Of a stretch of DNA of 64,000 nucleotides, positions 8,160 to 17,970 are shown piece by piece; the first letter of the stretch is position 1, and each line of letters begins with the position of its first letter. Location of the stretch: assembly GCA_038890745.1 (NCBI GenBank), contig JAWAFD010000003.1, positions 12,442 through 76,441 of the forward strand, given 5' to 3'. The translations under genes were made by a program, and so were the position numbers. The notes beneath the pieces were generated by a model. The model saw only the letters and a program-made list of their open reading frames with translations. It did not search any database and had not been told where the DNA came from. This DNA comes from Candidatus Anstonellales archaeon (GTDB taxonomy: Archaea; Micrarchaeota; Micrarchaeia; Anstonellales; J096).

Positions 8160-9632
8160 CTATATGATTACTCTTACCCATCTATATGGGGTTTTTTCTA
8201 TATCCTCTTTGCTTTTTTCTCCAAACTTCTCAAATCTTTTTAAAAGTTGAAAAACTAAAACCTCATCAAAAGGTTTTAGACGAATTTCGCTTCTATTTAC
8301 TTCTACCTTTTTTCCGATTATTTCAGATATATGCTGAGCTGTTGCTTCGTGACCAATCACTGAAATAAATTTATTTTTCGCTAAAATATTTATTGCTTCT
8401 TCATCGCTTATCACTTTGAAGTATGCATTCCCGCTGGGATATTTGTTTATATCGAACATATTCAATGAAAAAGAAGATGCTAGATAAATGTTTTTTTCAC
8501 GCTGTTTATTTTTTATTAGCTCTGCTATTCTTCTACATTCTTCCTCACATTTCTTTATATATTTTTCGATCTTTTTGGGACTTATGTTTTGCGAGTTTTG
8601 GGTTTTCCTCCCTGTTCCGGCATGCGCTAAGTAATTTCTCCAATTTTGTATATTCCCAAATATTCCCCTCTCCTTTGTTTCAAGTTTTCCTAATAACTTA
8701 GTAACCATCTCTCTATCATCTTTTTTGTTTCCGTCCATTCCTAATTCTTTACATATTTTCGTTATGTACGCTTCTTCTAGGAATATAACTGCATCACGCA
8801 GATGCTTACGTTTATTATGATATTCCGAAGTGAGCAACATCGCTTCTTCGTTGCTTTTTGCCTCCCCTTCCTTTTCCATAAATGGCTTAAATTCTTTTTT
8901 TAGTTTTTTGATTAACGCTGAGACTATATATTTTTGAATACCATCTAATCCTTCTAGGCTTTCATCTAATTCACCGATAGTTCCAGTTTCATAAATATTT
9001 TTCAAAAACTCACGTATCTCATTTATTTTCCCCATAAATTTTGTATTGCTCTTTCTAAATAGTTCTTTTGCATCCTTGCTTATCTCTTCTATTTTTTGAG
9101 GGTCCAGCGTATTTACAGCCTCTTCCATATCCGCTACAATCTTGAATATTAAAGAGTATTTTTCTAAATTGATAAGTTTACCTTTTTTTGTTTTTTCGTT
9201 AAAGAACTGATAAAAATATTCTATACTGGCTTCCTTCTCTTTTTCAATTATTTGCAATGCAAGTAGTACCAATGTTGTAGTATACTTAAATCCCGTAGTG
9301 GTATCAAAATGTATGGTGGATCTCTCTTCTTCTTTTATTTCCTTGCTAAGATTTACAAGAACATTTTGAAAAAATGCGTTCTGGTCTTCTATATTTTGTA
9401 TTTTTATTTTTTTTATTTTTGAACTATCAATTCTTCCCTTTAAATTTTCTAATTCATTTTCAGCTTCTTCTGTTGGGATTATTGCAATTATTTTATCATA
9501 GCTAAACTCGTTCTTTAGTATTTCTAATGGTATCATTATATTTCTGTATTTTTTTCCCATGTATTCGACTTCTTCTGCTTCTTTATAGTTTTTTCCAACA
9601 TTCATTACATACATTCTCATACAAACCACCAT
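8160..9632 (-). CDS. csx1: Csx1/Csm6-family CARF-HEPN ribonuclease with C-terminal DUF1874 (Crn2/AcrIII-1-like ring nuclease) fusion
   Basis: 490 aa, last gene of the type III operon. HEPN R-x4-H motif WRNYLAHAGTG at ~aa 330. N-terminal alpha/beta CARF-like region. C-terminal ~120 aa (NIYLASSFSLNMF...SVIGHEATAQHI...NRSEIRLK) resembles DUF1874 cA4 ring nucleases as I recall them. Confidence 0.55.
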   Translation of the reverse strand: MVVCMRMYVMNVGKNYKEAEEVEYMGKKYRNIMIPLEILKNEFSYDKIIAIIPTEEAENELENLKGRIDSSKIKKIKIQNIEDQNAFFQNVLVNLSKEIKEEERSTIHFDTTTGFKYTTTLVLLALQIIEKEKEASIEYFYQFFNEKTKKGKLINLEKYSLIFKIVADMEEAVNTLDPQKIEEISKDAKELFRKSNTKFMGKINEIREFLKNIYETGTIGELDESLEGLDGIQKYIVSALIKKLKKEFKPFMEKEGEAKSNEEAMLLTSEYHNKRKHLRDAVIFLEEAYITKICKELGMDGNKKDDREMVTKLLGKLETKERGIFGNIQNWRNYLAHAGTGRKTQNSQNISPKKIEKYIKKCEEECRRIAELIKNKQREKNIYLASSFSLNMFDINKYPSGNAYFKVISDEEAINILAKNKFISVIGHEATAQHISEIIGKKVEVNRSEIRLKPFDEVLVFQLLKRFEKFGEKSKEDIEKTPYRWVRVII

Positions 9633-9633
9633 T

Positions 9634-10518
9634 TCAATATGATGTTATATTTACCCTTCCCATCCCAGCAGTTGTTAGCTTACCTATCCCTCTGTAATTA
9701 GAATATCCTGCCAACAACCCTAATAATTTTTTTGTTTCTTTGGGTAGCGAAGTTATAGAATAAGTTATACTCCCCATTATCCCACTTATTCTCTCTTTTT
9801 TATTTCTTTTTTCTGACCATCGATCAATGGATGTATATTTTTTTATTTTGTTTACGCAAATAGCAGCTTTTTCCAATTTTTTCTTAAAATCTACAAAGTT
9901 TATTTCTGGTTTATATGAATAGTAAAAGAAAGAAGTATTGTGAAAAGAACGTGCCATGGTCATTCCTATACTTTGAAGGGATGGCTCTGTGACCATTGAG
10001 TTCTCGAACCTTAATAGTGTGGGGGTTAAAAAATTAAAACGAATTCTTTCTTTTAATTGAATGCTTCTTACGAATTCTTCTTTAATATTGACTATTTTTG
10101 CACCTACAGACCCATAACCTTTTTTTCTACCTTTTCCTATACTATTTACTTTTTCAATAGCTTTTTTTAGGTGATTTAAAAAATTATTTCCTTTGCCGAA
10201 TAACATAATTTTGAAATTTATCTCTTCATCAACAAAATATGTTTTCTTAGGTTCTAATGGAGGACTAATGGAGTAGGGTTTAGGTATCTGCATTCTATGT
10301 AATGGTTTTTTTACATCCCTTTGCTCTAGTTCGAATAAATATCCATAAGCACATCCTTCAATTCTATTACAACTTTTGCAGTTTTTATTTTTTCCCATAA
10401 GACAAGAATTTTCTCTCAACTTTTGGCCTATTGCACCTCTTATACTGAATCCTTTAAACTCATTTAGATGTACTGGGGTTTTTGGAATAAATTTGGCTTC
10501 TATTACAGTTATCTTCAT
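9634..10518 (-). CDS. cas6: Cas6 crRNA endoribonuclease (probable), with a zinc-finger-like Cys cluster
   Basis: 294 aa. C-terminal glycine-rich loop GIGKLTTAGMG (GxGxxxxxGxG) ~12 aa from the C-terminus. CxxC..CxxxC cluster CKSCNRIEGC. Position between csm5 and csx1. Confidence 0.5.
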   Translation of the reverse strand: MKITVIEAKFIPKTPVHLNEFKGFSIRGAIGQKLRENSCLMGKNKNCKSCNRIEGCAYGYLFELEQRDVKKPLHRMQIPKPYSISPPLEPKKTYFVDEEINFKIMLFGKGNNFLNHLKKAIEKVNSIGKGRKKGYGSVGAKIVNIKEEFVRSIQLKERIRFNFLTPTLLRFENSMVTEPSLQSIGMTMARSFHNTSFFYYSYKPEINFVDFKKKLEKAAICVNKIKKYTSIDRWSEKRNKKERISGIMGSITYSITSLPKETKKLLGLLAGYSNYRGIGKLTTAGMGRVNITSY

Positions 10519-11405
10519 TTTGGTTCAACCCTTACCCACCCAAATGGATAATAAATTTCATTTATTTTTGTAATTTTTATTGTTGTTGAGTTTTCAGAAA
10601 ATTTTCCTTTACCAATTCTTATTAGAATATTATTTTTGTTTTCCTGTTCTATTTTTTTGTAGAATTCCTCTAGTCCATTTAAAGCTTTAATTGTTTCACT
10701 ACGCAGATCTATGATTTTGTTTTTAAAATTCCTTATCCAGTTTAATTCCCCTTTAATCAAATTGCTATTAATATCTTTAATTTTTTCTAATATTTTTTCG
10801 TTTTCTAAATATCGGACCTCTTTCTCATGATAAAATTCGTTTTTTATTATCTCTGCATTAATTTTCTTTCCTGGAGGGATTACCTCAATATAATTATATT
10901 TGATTAGCCTGTTTATTTTTTTCATGCTTAAACTATATATTCTGGATATAGTTAGACTGTCTTTTTCGAGCATTACATCTCTAAATATTATGTATGACAA
11001 GGTAGGTTTATTGCTGACTTTGTCTATGTGATGTACTGAGCCTGGGCCAGTGTAGGACACGAAAGTGCCCTTTATAGATGATCCTGGAATATAAGGTTTG
11101 CCATCTATATTTATAAATTCATTTATTACAATATCATCTTTGTTAGCTATGTCTTCAACTATTTTTATCCCACCACTACTTAAAGCATATTTTTCACTAA
11201 TTTCTCTTAATTTTTTTATTTTTTCTTTGTGATCCTTTTTCTCTTTAAATTCTTTTATTATTTTTTTTAGGTCATCTATTGTATAGCGATTTAGATCTAC
11301 GTCAACTAAATAACCATTTTTTATTACGCAATCAAAAGGGTAATGTTTTTCACTACCATTACCAATATGAATTGGAGACAATGTGTAGAACAAATATTCT
11401 TTCAT
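10515..11405 (-). CDS. csm5: Csm5 (Cas7-family RAMP, type III-A)
   Basis: 296 aa. RAMP G-rich segment YIPGSSIKGTF. Gene order after csm4. 4-nt overlaps with neighbours. Confidence 0.65.
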   Translation of the reverse strand: MKEYLFYTLSPIHIGNGSEKHYPFDCVIKNGYLVDVDLNRYTIDDLKKIIKEFKEKKDHKEKIKKLREISEKYALSSGGIKIVEDIANKDDIVINEFINIDGKPYIPGSSIKGTFVSYTGPGSVHHIDKVSNKPTLSYIIFRDVMLEKDSLTISRIYSLSMKKINRLIKYNYIEVIPPGKKINAEIIKNEFYHEKEVRYLENEKILEKIKDINSNLIKGELNWIRNFKNKIIDLRSETIKALNGLEEFYKKIEQENKNNILIRIGKGKFSENSTTIKITKINEIYYPFGWVRVEPK

Positions 11406-12319
11406 GATCTCACCTCTGGATCTATTTTAAATAAACTATCAAGATCGGCTTTAAGGTATAGTTTTATTGTTCTTCCGTTGAAAATCTTTTCTTCACTATC
11501 TAACTTTATTATTTTGCCATTTGATGGTATATCACTAAAAATTCCGCCCGAAGGGTAGTATAAGAATGAGATACCGGATCTTATTTTTTGATCGCCTTTT
11601 TCTGACAAGAAACTATTATATTTCTCTATACGAGAAAATATGAATTCACTGTTTTCCTCCGGGATGTAATCCGAAAGGTTTATGAAAAATTTTTCTTTTT
11701 TGGTGAGATATTCTTTATTGAATTCAGATAATATGTTCGACGGGTCTTTAAATACTAATCTGCTTGCTCCAACTGATTTATCAGCCCCCATTCCATAAGA
11801 TGACATTTTTAATAGAGCGTTCTCTATTATCTCTTTGTTTTTTTCTTCTACGGAGATTAAAAGAAAGGCATTTTTGACTATTGTTATATCATAATAAAAC
11901 ATATTCCTTTCCCTTATATAATTCCCTATTCTTCTTATCTTTTTTTGTTCTTCCTTTTTTTTGTTTGTGCGTTCTGTTAAACTATTCATTATCCTGTCTT
12001 TGATGAGGTCATCTGTTACCTCTTTGTCTGTGTCTTTTATCAGAACCTCTGTTTCTTTAAGCTCCTTTCTTAGTTTCTTTCTTATTTCTTTGTTTTGTAT
12101 GAATCCCACTGCGTTTTGTAATCTTACACAGAATCCAAATTCAACATTTTTCATAATTCTACTAACTGCAAATTCTTTATCTTCTAAAAGTTTTTTTCCA
12201 TCTTCCCCGAAAAAATCTATAGCAGTTTTCAGTATGGCTCCTGAAATTTGCATGCTTGTTAATAATCCTGACGAAGTGTTGTATCTTATTTCATCAAATT
12301 CTGCTTTATATATTGTCAA
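11402..12319 (-). CDS. csm4: Csm4 (Cas5-family RAMP, type III-A)
   Basis: 305 aa. Position between csm3 and csm5. G-rich SFLYYPSGGIFSD. Size typical of Csm4. Confidence 0.55.
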   Translation of the reverse strand: MTIYKAEFDEIRYNTSSGLLTSMQISGAILKTAIDFFGEDGKKLLEDKEFAVSRIMKNVEFGFCVRLQNAVGFIQNKEIRKKLRKELKETEVLIKDTDKEVTDDLIKDRIMNSLTERTNKKKEEQKKIRRIGNYIRERNMFYYDITIVKNAFLLISVEEKNKEIIENALLKMSSYGMGADKSVGASRLVFKDPSNILSEFNKEYLTKKEKFFINLSDYIPEENSEFIFSRIEKYNSFLSEKGDQKIRSGISFLYYPSGGIFSDIPSNGKIIKLDSEEKIFNGRTIKLYLKADLDSLFKIDPEVRS

Positions 12320-12330
12320 ATGCCCCCCTC

Positions 12331-12954
12331 CTATATTTTATTTAACTCATCAAGGTTGTTTATTTCCAATTTAACTTTTCCGTACCCTCTTGTTCCGCTT
12401 CCGCCCAAATAATTGCTATTGAGAAGCTCTACCATTTTTTCTATTTTATTTTTTAATTCACTTGGAGGTATAATGTATTTTCCATCATTTTTTTCTAGTA
12501 TAACTACCATCTCGAAATCAAATTTTGTTCCGGGTTTTACTCTTTCAGAGCTTCTTAGGTCTTTTGCTTTTCCTGTATTCCGGTCTATTCTGTTTTCTAT
12601 CTTTACTTCTATGAAATCATTTGGATCTCGATTTTTCTGTTCACGACTTACAAAGGAATCTCTAAATATTAAAATTCCTTGTTTCTCAGGACTTCCAAAA
12701 AGTAATTCAATCTCATCCTTTTCTTTACCCTCTGTAATAATTTTACCTTTTTCATTATATTTTATGCCAATTAATTTTTCGTATAAGCATCTAATTTTTC
12801 CCTTTAGAGAGCTTCCCGGTATATATGGATATCCTTCTGGATCTTTTATTACAGGGTTATCTATTCCTGCGATCTCATACGTCCCTTCGCCTCCTATGTG
12901 CAATCCACTCAATACTGTTATTTCTCCTTTCAAAACCTTCGTTTCAAATCCCAT
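12331..12954 (-). CDS. csm3: Csm3 (Cas7 backbone subunit, type III-A)
   Basis: 207 aa. VLSGLHIGGEG and YIPGSSLKGKIR G-rich loop typical of Csm3. Confidence 0.75.
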   Translation of the reverse strand: MGFETKVLKGEITVLSGLHIGGEGTYEIAGIDNPVIKDPEGYPYIPGSSLKGKIRCLYEKLIGIKYNEKGKIITEGKEKDEIELLFGSPEKQGILIFRDSFVSREQKNRDPNDFIEVKIENRIDRNTGKAKDLRSSERVKPGTKFDFEMVVILEKNDGKYIIPPSELKNKIEKMVELLNSNYLGGSGTRGYGKVKLEINNLDELNKI

Positions 12955-12965
12955 ATTCTCACCTC

Positions 12966-13388
12966 TTACTTTCCTTTTATGTTAGCAAGCATTAGTGTTG
13001 ATGCATACTCAAGCGGGAGTATATAATTCTCCTCTATTGATTCTTCTTTGCCTAATTTTTCACCTATTGATTCAAATATATCTGCATAAAATTCTGCAAT
13101 AACTTTTACTTTTTTATCAGTATTTTTTTTGGATGCTATGTATCTAAATTTTGCTGCTGTTAGCAGTAAGTCCTTCTCAGCCATTTTTCTTTTTATTCCA
13201 CTTATTGACTTAAATAGCTCTATAGTTTTACTTCTAGGAATTTCGTATAATTGTGCTTTTATTTTTTCGATCGCGTTTTTTATTTTGTACATTTTATCCT
13301 TAGCGTTGTCGCTGCTCAGTATAGTATCCTTTATACTTCTCAAATCCAGAGGTTTCTCCTCATCTTTACGTCCATTCATTTCAATCAC
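12966..13388 (-). CDS. csm2: Csm2 small subunit (Cas11, type III-A)
   Basis: 140 aa, helical, immediately downstream of cas10 with an 8-nt overlap. Size and position canonical. Confidence 0.6.
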   Translation of the reverse strand: MIEMNGRKDEEKPLDLRSIKDTILSSDNAKDKMYKIKNAIEKIKAQLYEIPRSKTIELFKSISGIKRKMAEKDLLLTAAKFRYIASKKNTDKKVKVIAEFYADIFESIGEKLGKEESIEENYILPLEYASTLMLANIKGK

Positions 13389-15738
13389 CTCTTTTTAGAT
13401 CATAAAAATCATTTCCTTCCCCTAATTTAAATTTTGAAAATAATAATGCGGTGGAAAGACTCTGTAAAAAGGTCTCTTTCTCTATAGTTTCCTTTATACT
13501 GTTATAATCTTCGGCATCCTTTTGACTTATTGATTTTTTGTGTCTTTCTATTATGTAATCCATTTTTGCTTTTGAAAATAGTTTTTTTATTTGTCTATCT
13601 ATTTCTTTATACTTTTTGCTAATGGATATTCCTGGATCCAAATATACACTCATTAGATTATACAAGAGGCTTCTAGAGATATTTTTGTTCTCCTTCATTA
13701 TATCTATAACCTTAAACAAATCTTCGTATTCATCATTTCCAATAACATTCCTATCACCAGGTACGAAAGAAATGTAGGTTGCATTTTTTGTCCTACTGTT
13801 GTTTTTCTTATATCTTTTTGCTTCTTTAAGTCCTATCTCTCCAATTTCACTTAGTTCTCTTACTGGGAATCTGTGATGCTCTACTATTATACTTGCAGAA
13901 TATGTTATTCCATATTTATCATCTTCTGAATGGAAAATTTTGTAGAAATTTTCCTTAAAATTTTTCATAAAGACTAGTGCGTAATCATATCTTGTTATAA
14001 GGGTTATATCATCGCCTCCCGCATATAAGAGATAAAACTTTTTATTATTTTTTTCTTTTTCATGTTTTTTTTCGCCTATTGTTTCATTTATTCCAGAATT
14101 TAAGCATTCTATCATTGATTTTTCCATTAAAGTTATAAATTCAAGTGTAAGAGAAAAATCTTTGCAACATTTTTCTACTTTGTCTCCAAGCCCATCTATA
14201 TCAATTTTAATGAAAGCTAGATATGGCGTATTCTTCTTTCTTTCTTCAACTTCTATGATCTCATCTATTTTGTCATTTATCCATAATGGTATCAAATGAT
14301 AATCGACCCCAAGATTATTTTTTATGTAATCTATAATATTAAACTGTTCTGAAACTTTACCTACTTTTAAAAATAGGTCGACAAATCCATTATTTATCTT
14401 TAGATTTTTGATTTTATCTATATCCATAACGAATATCTTAAATCTTCCAAATTCGAATACTGGTTCTTCATCGATAATATTTCTTGTTTTTTCGGTATAT
14501 AGTATTCCGGATATCATACGCTCGTAACTACATTTTGTTCCTAATTTTTCCATGCTTTTGCATGCTTCACAACAATCTTTATTACCCGTATAAATCTCAC
14601 CGCACCTATCACATTTTTTTCCATTTTTTATTGTTTGATCATCTATTTTATATGTATAACTGTTAAATCCTGCCTTTTCGAAAATTATTGTGTTGTAGTT
14701 TTTTGGTTCGATATCCTTCTTTTGATCTTTTAGGTTTATCGTTAATTTTACTATCCCAAAAGATGCTGAAAGCGGGAAATACCCCAATTCTATTAATTTT
14801 TTGTTAAACTGTTCCAATTGATTTTTTATTTTTTTTGATGGGTCTTCATCAGACAAAAAGGCAAACTTTCCAGAAGAGAGAAACAATAATGCAGCAATGT
14901 TTAATTCAAGTTCTTTTAATATCTCTAACGATAGTAATCTAGTTATAGCGTATATAAATATTGATCTGCCCCTCATTATTTTTGATGATACTTCCCCTCT
15001 ATAGTCTTTTTTTAAGAATTTTGTTATAAACCGTTGGATGCCATTAAGTTTTACAAGACAATAATATATTTCTGTTTTTTCGTCCCCTATTTTTATATTT
15101 TTTTTCTTAAGTATGTAAGCTAGTGATGATGATGCTTTTGAATGAGAATAAATTGAGTAGACCGGACATTCATGCTGTTTGTAAGATGGTACTGCATAAG
15201 TGTAGTCTCGGAGTATAGTGCTTATGTTTTGGTATTGATATTCAAAATTTTCCTTGTTTATGTTTTTTAATGCTTCTACTAATTCCATTTCAAATTTTTT
15301 ACTTTGTGAGCTTTCATGTGCTATTTCGATTTTTTCATGTTCCCTTACACTATATGGTGCTATTTCATCTAGTGTAAATTTTGTACATAATCTATCGCAT
15401 TCAAGCGTATCCACAAAGTAAGCAGGCAGTAAAGTTTTTCCTTCTTCATCATCTTCTTCTTTTTCTGGTCTCATGCTTGCTGAGATCTGGTCTCCTAATT
15501 TTACATACATTATTTGTTCCTCATCGATTTCATTGTGATGTTTTTCTACTAGGCAGGCTACAGAAGAAAGTTCCGGTGCATTTTTTTCTATGAATTCTGC
15601 ACCAATTTCTGCATGCTTTCTTCTACCTTCTATATTTTTCAATATTGTTTTATATCTCTTTTGAAAAGATTTTCCTAAATCGTGAAGAAGTGCAGCAAGA
15701 ATAATTTCTTGTTCTGAATTTATACTACTTTTCATCAT
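13381..15738 (-). CDS. cas10: Cas10/Csm1 with N-terminal HD nuclease domain, treble-clef zinc finger and GGDD cyclase (Palm) motif
   Basis: 785 aa. HD motif LLHDLGK...KHH. CDRCGEIY...CCEACKS zinc finger. YLLYAGGDDITLI (GGDD) cOA-synthase motif intact. Confidence 0.85.
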   Translation of the reverse strand: MMKSSINSEQEIILAALLHDLGKSFQKRYKTILKNIEGRRKHAEIGAEFIEKNAPELSSVACLVEKHHNEIDEEQIMYVKLGDQISASMRPEKEEDDEEGKTLLPAYFVDTLECDRLCTKFTLDEIAPYSVREHEKIEIAHESSQSKKFEMELVEALKNINKENFEYQYQNISTILRDYTYAVPSYKQHECPVYSIYSHSKASSSLAYILKKKNIKIGDEKTEIYYCLVKLNGIQRFITKFLKKDYRGEVSSKIMRGRSIFIYAITRLLSLEILKELELNIAALLFLSSGKFAFLSDEDPSKKIKNQLEQFNKKLIELGYFPLSASFGIVKLTINLKDQKKDIEPKNYNTIIFEKAGFNSYTYKIDDQTIKNGKKCDRCGEIYTGNKDCCEACKSMEKLGTKCSYERMISGILYTEKTRNIIDEEPVFEFGRFKIFVMDIDKIKNLKINNGFVDLFLKVGKVSEQFNIIDYIKNNLGVDYHLIPLWINDKIDEIIEVEERKKNTPYLAFIKIDIDGLGDKVEKCCKDFSLTLEFITLMEKSMIECLNSGINETIGEKKHEKEKNNKKFYLLYAGGDDITLITRYDYALVFMKNFKENFYKIFHSEDDKYGITYSASIIVEHHRFPVRELSEIGEIGLKEAKRYKKNNSRTKNATYISFVPGDRNVIGNDEYEDLFKVIDIMKENKNISRSLLYNLMSVYLDPGISISKKYKEIDRQIKKLFSKAKMDYIIERHKKSISQKDAEDYNSIKETIEKETFLQSLSTALLFSKFKLGEGNDFYDLKRGD

Positions 15739-15795
15739 TACCCCATGTTGAAATTGACTACAATAAGTTTTTAAATTTTTTTTCTGATGATTCTA

Positions 15796-16494
15796 CTAAC
15801 TTCTTTTTGTTTTTTCTTCTACCAATTTAAGCAACTTTTTTTGGTATTCGTCCATGAAATAAAAAACCTCTTTACCTTTTTTGATACTGTTTATCCACCC
15901 TTGATTGATCATTTTCTTTGTTGCTATGAATATAGTTTGTTTTTTTCTACCCATTCTTTTTGTTAATTCTGAAAGTGAAATGGGTTCTCTACTATTCGCT
16001 ATTTCATTTAAGATATTCGTGTAAGTGATGGTTTTTCTTTTATGTTTGGTTTGACTGAGGAAAAAGAAATATGCTGAAATTGGAAGTATTTGTGTTTGTT
16101 TTTTATATGGTGTATGTTTGATTAATATTTTTTTATTTTCAACTATGTGGCGTTTCTCGAACACATTTTGCGAAACTGATAGTATAAGTGCAAAGAATAT
16201 CTCTTTCGATGCCCCCGTCATATCCACGATAATTTCGTCTGCTGTTTCCGTTAACAATTTATCAAATTTATACTTCATATTTAAAAAATCATAGAAGTCT
16301 GCTTCTTCTTCTGATGTTTCTGTGATTTTGAGTAGGTTTATGTATTCTTTTTTTATTTTTTCCCACACGCTCTTAGAGTCTAATGAGTAATATATACTTA
16401 TAGTATCTGGTTTTATATATTTCATAATATAATTCATAGACTCTTTTATCGCTTCTTCGTTTTTTCCTACAAAAATAATAGCTTTTTTTCGCAT
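15796..16494 (-). CDS. csa3: Csa3-like CARF + winged-HTH transcriptional regulator
   Basis: 232 aa. N-terminal Rossmann-like CARF with VDMTGASKE (D-x-T-G-x-x-K) ligand-pocket motif. C-terminal wHTH (ISLSELTKRMGRKKQTIFIATKKMINQGWI). Confidence 0.6.
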   Translation of the reverse strand: MRKKAIIFVGKNEEAIKESMNYIMKYIKPDTISIYYSLDSKSVWEKIKKEYINLLKITETSEEEADFYDFLNMKYKFDKLLTETADEIIVDMTGASKEIFFALILSVSQNVFEKRHIVENKKILIKHTPYKKQTQILPISAYFFFLSQTKHKRKTITYTNILNEIANSREPISLSELTKRMGRKKQTIFIATKKMINQGWINSIKKGKEVFYFMDEYQKKLLKLVEEKTKRS

Positions 16495-16592
16495 GCTTTA
16501 TTTTATTTTTGGAAATATTTTTAAATGTTTCGTTTAATCATCAGACAAAAAATTTAAAAATAACCTATTTTTAATTATAATCAGGTGAAAAA
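16495..16592. promoter_or_regulatory. Divergent promoter region between csa3-like and the cas4-like/cas1/cas2 operon; contains the aaaaatttaaaaataac motif shared with the CRISPR leader
   Basis: AT-rich 98-nt intergenic region. The 17-nt BRE/TATA-like motif at 16548-16564 is identical to 18315-18331 in the CRISPR leader. Confidence 0.45.
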
Positions 16593-17102
16593 ATGAATGT
16601 AAAATGTAGTGAGATAAGATTGTTTGTAATAAATAGGAAGGCCTGGTTTCTGAGCCTTCTTGGAATGGGTAAGAAGTATCTTCCCATGGGAAGAGCAAAG
16701 CACGAGGCAATATTCTCGGATACAGCAGAAGATAACCACAAAGTAGTGTTTGATACAAAAGATAGATTCGAAGTAGAGATGGTTAAGAAGCTTATCTTTT
16801 CATTCGGAAAACCTAAACAAGCAGAGAAAAAAATTAACCCAGTTTATAAACTGATAGGAAAAGCAGATGGTTTCATAAATGGCTTGCCTTTTGAAGTCAA
16901 ATTCTGCGAAAAAGAAAACCAAGGGGATTTTTTGCAAGCTGCTTCTTATGCACTCCTTTACAGTACCAGCAAGTCATATCTTTTCTATCCTTCTAGGTAT
17001 TTTGTAGTAGATCCTAATGAATATATCGACAGGATAGCAGATGTTGTAGACAAGATACTAGCAGTGAAGGAGGCGCTTTTCTATGATACTTATATGCGAT
17101 GA
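16593..17102 (+). CDS. cas4: Cas4-like RecB-fold nuclease lacking the Fe-S cysteine cluster
   Basis: 169 aa, directly upstream of cas1. Motifs GKADG (motif II Asp), FEVKF (E-x-K), QAASY (QxxxY). Only one Cys in the C-terminal part, so no 4-Cys cluster. Confidence 0.45.
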   Translation: MNVKCSEIRLFVINRKAWFLSLLGMGKKYLPMGRAKHEAIFSDTAEDNHKVVFDTKDRFEVEMVKKLIFSFGKPKQAEKKINPVYKLIGKADGFINGLPFEVKFCEKENQGDFLQAASYALLYSTSKSYLFYPSRYFVVDPNEYIDRIADVVDKILAVKEALFYDTYMR

Positions 17103-17970
17103 GTTCGGGACATGGATAGGCAAAAAGGGTGAAAGAATCATACTCAAAAAGGGAGGTGATGTCATAAAAGAGGTATCTATGAGAAAAATCGAGGGGATTA
17201 TGGTGGGGAAAGGTGTTTCATTATCTTCTGATTTCTTAGTTATGCTTTCTAAAAACAACATCCCCGTCTTCTTCTCATCTGACCTTTCCTCACCATTTAT
17301 TTTTTCTTCTTCTTCCCTTTCCTTGTCAAATCTTCGTTATGCTCAATCTCATATTTCCGATGATAAGAAAAAGACATTCGTAAAAAACATACTGTTCTCT
17401 AAAATTTTTAATCAATACTCATTGGCTCTTCATCTGTTTGGTGAAGAATTATCTTATGATGATTTTTATCCTTCTGTAGAGTATGAGAGTAATTTTGCTA
17501 AGAGATATTGGTCTTGTGTTAGGAAACATATCCCAATGTTTGTATCCAGGGATAGAAAAAGTGAAGATAACGTAAACCTTTCGCTTAATTATGGCTATGG
17601 TATTCTTCGTATCAGTATTTTAAAATCTGTCCTTGCTTCAGGATTGGACCCTTATTTTGGCATGATCCATCACTTAAAGGACTATTCTACTTCATTTGTC
17701 TTTGATGTAATGGAACCGTTTAGACCTATTGTGGACTATGCAGTTTTTCTATGCAAAGATGATTTAGATAAAGACTTTAACTCAGAATTGAAATATATTA
17801 TTGCTAAAAAAGTTTTATCAGTTTTTAAATCTAACTTTTTTTATAAAACTAAGAGAACTTCTCTTGATAGAATATTCCTTCTTTTTTGTTATGAGATTGG
17901 ACATTTTTTTAGAGATGAAGAAAAAAATGATTTTGCAACATTCCGGGTATTCAGATGGCCAAGATTATAG
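17083..17970 (+). CDS. cas1: Cas1 integrase
   Basis: 295 aa. Typical Cas1 N-terminus (MILICDEFGTWIGKKGERIILKKGG...) and size. Followed by cas2 with overlap. Confidence 0.85.
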   Translation: MILICDEFGTWIGKKGERIILKKGGDVIKEVSMRKIEGIMVGKGVSLSSDFLVMLSKNNIPVFFSSDLSSPFIFSSSSLSLSNLRYAQSHISDDKKKTFVKNILFSKIFNQYSLALHLFGEELSYDDFYPSVEYESNFAKRYWSCVRKHIPMFVSRDRKSEDNVNLSLNYGYGILRISILKSVLASGLDPYFGMIHHLKDYSTSFVFDVMEPFRPIVDYAVFLCKDDLDKDFNSELKYIIAKKVLSVFKSNFFYKTKRTSLDRIFLLFCYEIGHFFRDEEKNDFATFRVFRWPRL

